64,000 nt of DNA from Acidobacteriota bacterium. GTDB taxonomy: Bacteria > Acidobacteriota > UBA6911. Positions within the stretch are counted from its first letter, which is position 1. Each line of letters opens with the position of its first letter. A program made the translations under genes and the position numbers. The notes below the pieces were generated by a model. The model saw only the letters and a program-made list of their open reading frames with translations. It did no database searches and had not been told where the DNA came from. Positions 60,606 through 64,000 of the stretch are shown in pieces. Location: positions 3,616,001 to 3,680,000 of the forward strand of contig OY761556.1 of assembly GCA_963664705.1 (NCBI GenBank), written 5' to 3'.

Positions 60606-60642
60606 GGCAGTGGGTAGTGGGTACTTCCCACTACCCACTGCC
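60606..60642. repeat. Perfect 16-bp inverted repeat built from heptamer units; possible terminator of the fumarase gene
   Basis: GGCAGTGGGTAGTGGG-tactt-CCCACTACCCACTGCC. Confidence 0.7.
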
Positions 60643-60648
60643 GACTTT

Positions 60649-62175
60649 CTAAAACACGGGATCGGCCAGCTTGGACAAAAGGATGCCGGAGGCATCTTCC
60701 ACATCCGCATGAAGCGATTTGCCGTGTGAATCCATGGTAACGATGGCAGGAAAGTCCTCGACTTCTATATTCCACAGGGCTTCCGGAATACCGAATTCCA
60801 TCAGGTACACATTCTTCACCGACTTGATGCATCGCGCGTAATATTGAGCTGCGCCGCCAATGGCCTGCAGATACACTGCGCCAGACTCCTCCAAACCGGC
60901 AAGTGTCTTGGCTCCCATACCGCCCTTACCTATCACGGCACGCAGTCCAAACCGCTTGATGATATCAGCCTGGTAAGGTTCCTCACGAATGGAAGTCGTA
61001 GGACCGGCGGCCACCATTTTCCAGCCGCTATCCTCTTTCAGAACAACCGGGCCGCAATGATAGATGACGCCACCCTTAAGATCCACCGGCGCAGGATTTT
61101 TAATTAAGTGGGCATGAACCGCATCCCGGCCTGTGTACATTTCACCGCTGATAAGAACAATATCTCCGACATTCAGTTTGCGAATCTCGCTCTCGGAGAT
61201 CGGTGCCTTGAGAGCAATTTCCTTCCCGGTCAGGCGGAATCCCTCGGCCGTCCCCATGCCTTTTGGAGTCTGATTCGGATCGCGATAGAGCCAACGCTTG
61301 ATGGCCCCGGTCTTGGCATCGAGAACAACTCCCAGACGGCGGAATGCCCAACAGTTGTAGGCCACGGAGACAAAGAAACTGGCCGGCAATCTGTTTTGGG
61401 AGGCAACCTTGCAACCGATCAGGGATACACCGCCACCGAAACCCATGGTGCCAATCCCCAGCGTGTTGGCTGTGAGCATGACGTATTGCTCGAGGTCCGC
61501 CAATTTCGGATCCGGATTGACATCATCCAACGGGCGGAACAACTGCTCTTTCGCGCAGGCATATCCTCCGGGCCGATCACCGCCGATACAGACTCCTATC
61601 GCCCCGGGAGAACATCCCTGCCCCTGGGCTTGCCACACCGCATGCAAAATGCACTTTCGTACACCATCCAGTGTCCGGTCGACACGGCCGAGGTGCGGCA
61701 GTTCACACGGGATGGAATACTGAATATTCATGTTTTCGCATCCGCCCCCTTTTAGCAGGAGCTTGACCTCAATCTCGTCGCTGTTCTCCCATTGATTCCA
61801 ATGCAGCACAGGCGTTCCCGGACCGAGATTATTCCCGCTGTTTTTGCCTGTGATCGAGTCGACCGAGTTGGGCCTCAATTTGCCCAGTTTGGTTGCTTCA
61901 GCAACCGCTTCCTCAATCTGCCTTCGCATCACCACCTGATTCGCGCCTGCAGGCGTGTGAATCTCAAACGTCGGCATTCCGGTATCCTGGCAGATGGCGC
62001 CGACACAGGTTGTTGCCATATCGATATTGGTGGCAATCACATCCAGAGCCGAAGAGGATTGGTTCCCTGCTGTTTCTTTTGTCATGGCTTCCGACATTGC
62101 AACGCGCACATCCGCCGGAAGATTGGTCGAAGTCTGTATGATCAGGTCAAGCATGCTGGCTTTAAATTGTTCCAT
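60649..62175 (-). CDS. Class I (Fe-S) fumarate hydratase, fused alpha/beta
   Basis: ICQDTG, KGGGCEN, GC.PG, TGRD..H, GPTTS.RE, GKGGMG, GG.A. Confidence 0.92.
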   Translation of the reverse strand: MEQFKASMLDLIIQTSTNLPADVRVAMSEAMTKETAGNQSSSALDVIATNIDMATTCVGAICQDTGMPTFEIHTPAGANQVVMRRQIEEAVAEATKLGKLRPNSVDSITGKNSGNNLGPGTPVLHWNQWENSDEIEVKLLLKGGGCENMNIQYSIPCELPHLGRVDRTLDGVRKCILHAVWQAQGQGCSPGAIGVCIGGDRPGGYACAKEQLFRPLDDVNPDPKLADLEQYVMLTANTLGIGTMGFGGGVSLIGCKVASQNRLPASFFVSVAYNCWAFRRLGVVLDAKTGAIKRWLYRDPNQTPKGMGTAEGFRLTGKEIALKAPISESEIRKLNVGDIVLISGEMYTGRDAVHAHLIKNPAPVDLKGGVIYHCGPVVLKEDSGWKMVAAGPTTSIREEPYQADIIKRFGLRAVIGKGGMGAKTLAGLEESGAVYLQAIGGAAQYYARCIKSVKNVYLMEFGIPEALWNIEVEDFPAIVTMDSHGKSLHADVEDASGILLSKLADPVF

Positions 62176-62289
62176 AATCACTCCTTGGGGATGGTATTCA
62201 ATTATAGCACTCCGGCGGATAACCTGCCTCCAAAACCACCTCGGTTCGCGCAAAATGGTACAATTTCGTTAGCGGTCGCGGGGGGGCAG

Positions 62290-62586
62290 ATGATTTTTTC
62301 AGTGGATACTTGGCTGTTGCCGGCAATTGCGGCAGGCTCATCCTCCTACCTGGTCTGCCTGGCATGGGAACGAATCAGGACAAGCACTGCACCAAGTGGC
62401 CGACTCTCTGCCTTTTTGGCTGGCCTGAGCTTTGTCATGGGAGCCATTTGCGCCTATTACAGGCATACAGTCTTTGGGCCAACCCTCGAAAGCAACGTCA
62501 TTATCATGTTTATTGTGGGCGCCAGTACAACGTATTTCTGGCTACTGCTCAGAAAGTATTTTCCCGGCTTCAAACGCAGAAGCTAG
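62290..62586 (+). CDS. Small 3-TM membrane protein
   Basis: Three hydrophobic segments and a basic C-tail; TACAAT upstream and a G-rich RBS. Confidence 0.55.
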   Translation: MIFSVDTWLLPAIAAGSSSYLVCLAWERIRTSTAPSGRLSAFLAGLSFVMGAICAYYRHTVFGPTLESNVIIMFIVGASTTYFWLLLRKYFPGFKRRS

Positions 62587-62860
62587 GAGCATCCTCTTCC
62601 CAGCCTTAGGATGTATATATAAATGCACAGGATCGCTAACAGTGTATATTGATGGATAGTGTGGAATGGAGTGCAGAATGTGGCGCGCGGGACGCAACAT
62701 GACAGGCGGTCCCCTCACCCGTGTAATCTTAACCGAGCGCTTCTCCGCCTAACACGAACGCCCCACGCATATGCACTTGTGAATCCGATGTACATATCGT
62801 CTCACCCCAAGGAATGTTTAGCTGTTATTTATCAGTTTCTTAACCCAATCCAATCCCGTA

Positions 62861-62890
62861 TTGACTTGCGCATCGGGCGATACTTACAAT
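62861..62890 (+). promoter_or_regulatory. Near-consensus sigma70 promoter
   Basis: TTGACT, 18 nt spacer, TACAAT. Confidence 0.7.
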
Positions 62891-62925
62891 GAAAAGTAAT
62901 ACACAGCTCGATGAAAGGATATCTT

Positions 62926-63183
62926 ATGCCGAGTGACCGTCGCAGGATATTGGAATTGGCGCTGGAATCGCTACAAAACCAGCGTAAAAGGCTGGATGAG
63001 GAAATCGCTGAGATTGCCCGTGAGATCCGGGGCGGATCCACACGCTCATCCGGAGTTGCCGTAAAAACAGCTGCTCCGGCGCGCTCCCGCAAATCATCTC
63101 GGTTTACAAAAGAGGAACGGCAGAAAAGATCCGCACGGATGAAGGCCTATTGGGACAACTGGCGGAAGAAGAAAAAACAGTAG
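62926..63183 (+). CDS. Small basic coiled-coil protein, possible nucleoid-associated/DNA-binding protein
   Basis: N-terminal heptad helix, flexible linker, basic FTKEERQKRSARMKAYW tail; AAAGGA RBS. Confidence 0.7.
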   Translation: MPSDRRRILELALESLQNQRKRLDEEIAEIAREIRGGSTRSSGVAVKTAAPARSRKSSRFTKEERQKRSARMKAYWDNWRKKKKQ

Positions 63184-63281
63184 ACGGATGACAGGAGACA
63201 GAATGGCAATAATTGAAGTGTATATGCGGCTATACAAATGCGCCATTCTGCCTCCTGATAAATTCAGAAGGAGGGGCATAT

Positions 63282-63878
63282 ATGTCGTTTAGTAAAGAAC
63301 AACTGTTGCCGGGAGAAAACCTGGTTATTCTTTCGCGACAACACTGGCTTGTATTGTTCCGGCCGGTACTATTGAATGTCATCATTCTGGCGGTACTCAT
63401 CGGATTGGCATATATATCCCAGCGGGCGTGGTTTCTGTTGTTCATTCTGGTCCCGTTACTCTATCTCGTTTGGGAATATCTGGCCTGGCACCGTCGGGAA
63501 TACGTTTTAACCGATCGTCGAGTTGTAAAGCAGGAAGGCGTATTCTCCACTTCCTCATTTGATGCCCCGCTGGACAAAATAAACAACGTGTTCCACAACC
63601 AGAGTTTCATGGGACGCATCTGGAAATACGGAGATGTCGGGCTGGAAACCGCGAGCGAACAGGGTACCACTGTCTTCGATTTTCTATCTCACCCGCTGGA
63701 TTTCAAGAATGAAATCGTGCGGCAAAGGGAAATGTACACTGGGAATTCCCGGCCCGGCGCAGCCCCATCCAAATCTATTCCACAACTGATCGATGAACTG
63801 GCCTCGCTTCGCGATCGCGGCATCATCACGGAATCCGAATTTCAGGTAAAGAAAAGAGCTCTCCTGGAAAAAATGTAG
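63282..63878 (+). CDS. Membrane protein with bacterial PH domain and C-terminal SHOCT
   Basis: L.PGE..., 2 TM, YVLTDRRV....G, YGDV..ETA, LASLRDRGIITESEF..KK..LL. Confidence 0.85.
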   Translation: MSFSKEQLLPGENLVILSRQHWLVLFRPVLLNVIILAVLIGLAYISQRAWFLLFILVPLLYLVWEYLAWHRREYVLTDRRVVKQEGVFSTSSFDAPLDKINNVFHNQSFMGRIWKYGDVGLETASEQGTTVFDFLSHPLDFKNEIVRQREMYTGNSRPGAAPSKSIPQLIDELASLRDRGIITESEFQVKKRALLEKM

Positions 63879-64000
63879 CGCTATCGGGTGTTGTACTCCT
63901 GTTGCATCGGCGAGTTCATTTATCGCTGCCATTCATGATACTCTTCAGACCGTGAAAAGAACGTCCGTCCGGCTACTCATTCTTGCGTTGGTATTTCTCG

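Noticed and set aside
1-64000. CRISPR array, prophage, integrase/transposase, rRNA or tRNA genes
   Set aside because: I saw no regularly spaced direct repeats or diagnostic motifs by eye; a short RNA gene could have been missed without a covariance search

Overview
Gene-dense bacterial chromosomal segment of mostly housekeeping genes. Gene content and intergenic repeat style suggest an anaerobic or facultative Acidobacteriota-like organism; this is an inference, not a taxonomic result. It contains a stand-alone murG(+HEAT)-mraY-murJ operon, a membrane protein/wHTH regulator/uppS cassette with a duplicated palindromic operator, hypABFCDE, the ffh-rpsP-khpA-rimM-trmD-rplS cluster, selB, divergent pyrRBC/pyrKDF, nadE-pncB, pcm, arginase and a class I fumarase. 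The most notable signal is at the window start. Two ORFs (592-807 and 97-576, minus strand) are one reading frame interrupted by a single in-frame TGA at the first Cys position of the DUF1573 SCGC motif (read here as S-U-G-C). A SECIS-like hairpin follows the TGA, and selB lies in the same window, so this is a probable exported selenoprotein. Other observations are a MurG-HEAT fusion, many apparently leaderless genes, two intergenic repeat families, candidate structured RNAs and a possible dual-start Pcm. I recognised no tRNA, rRNA, CRISPR array, transposase or prophage. All family assignments come from motif recognition by eye; no database searches were run.
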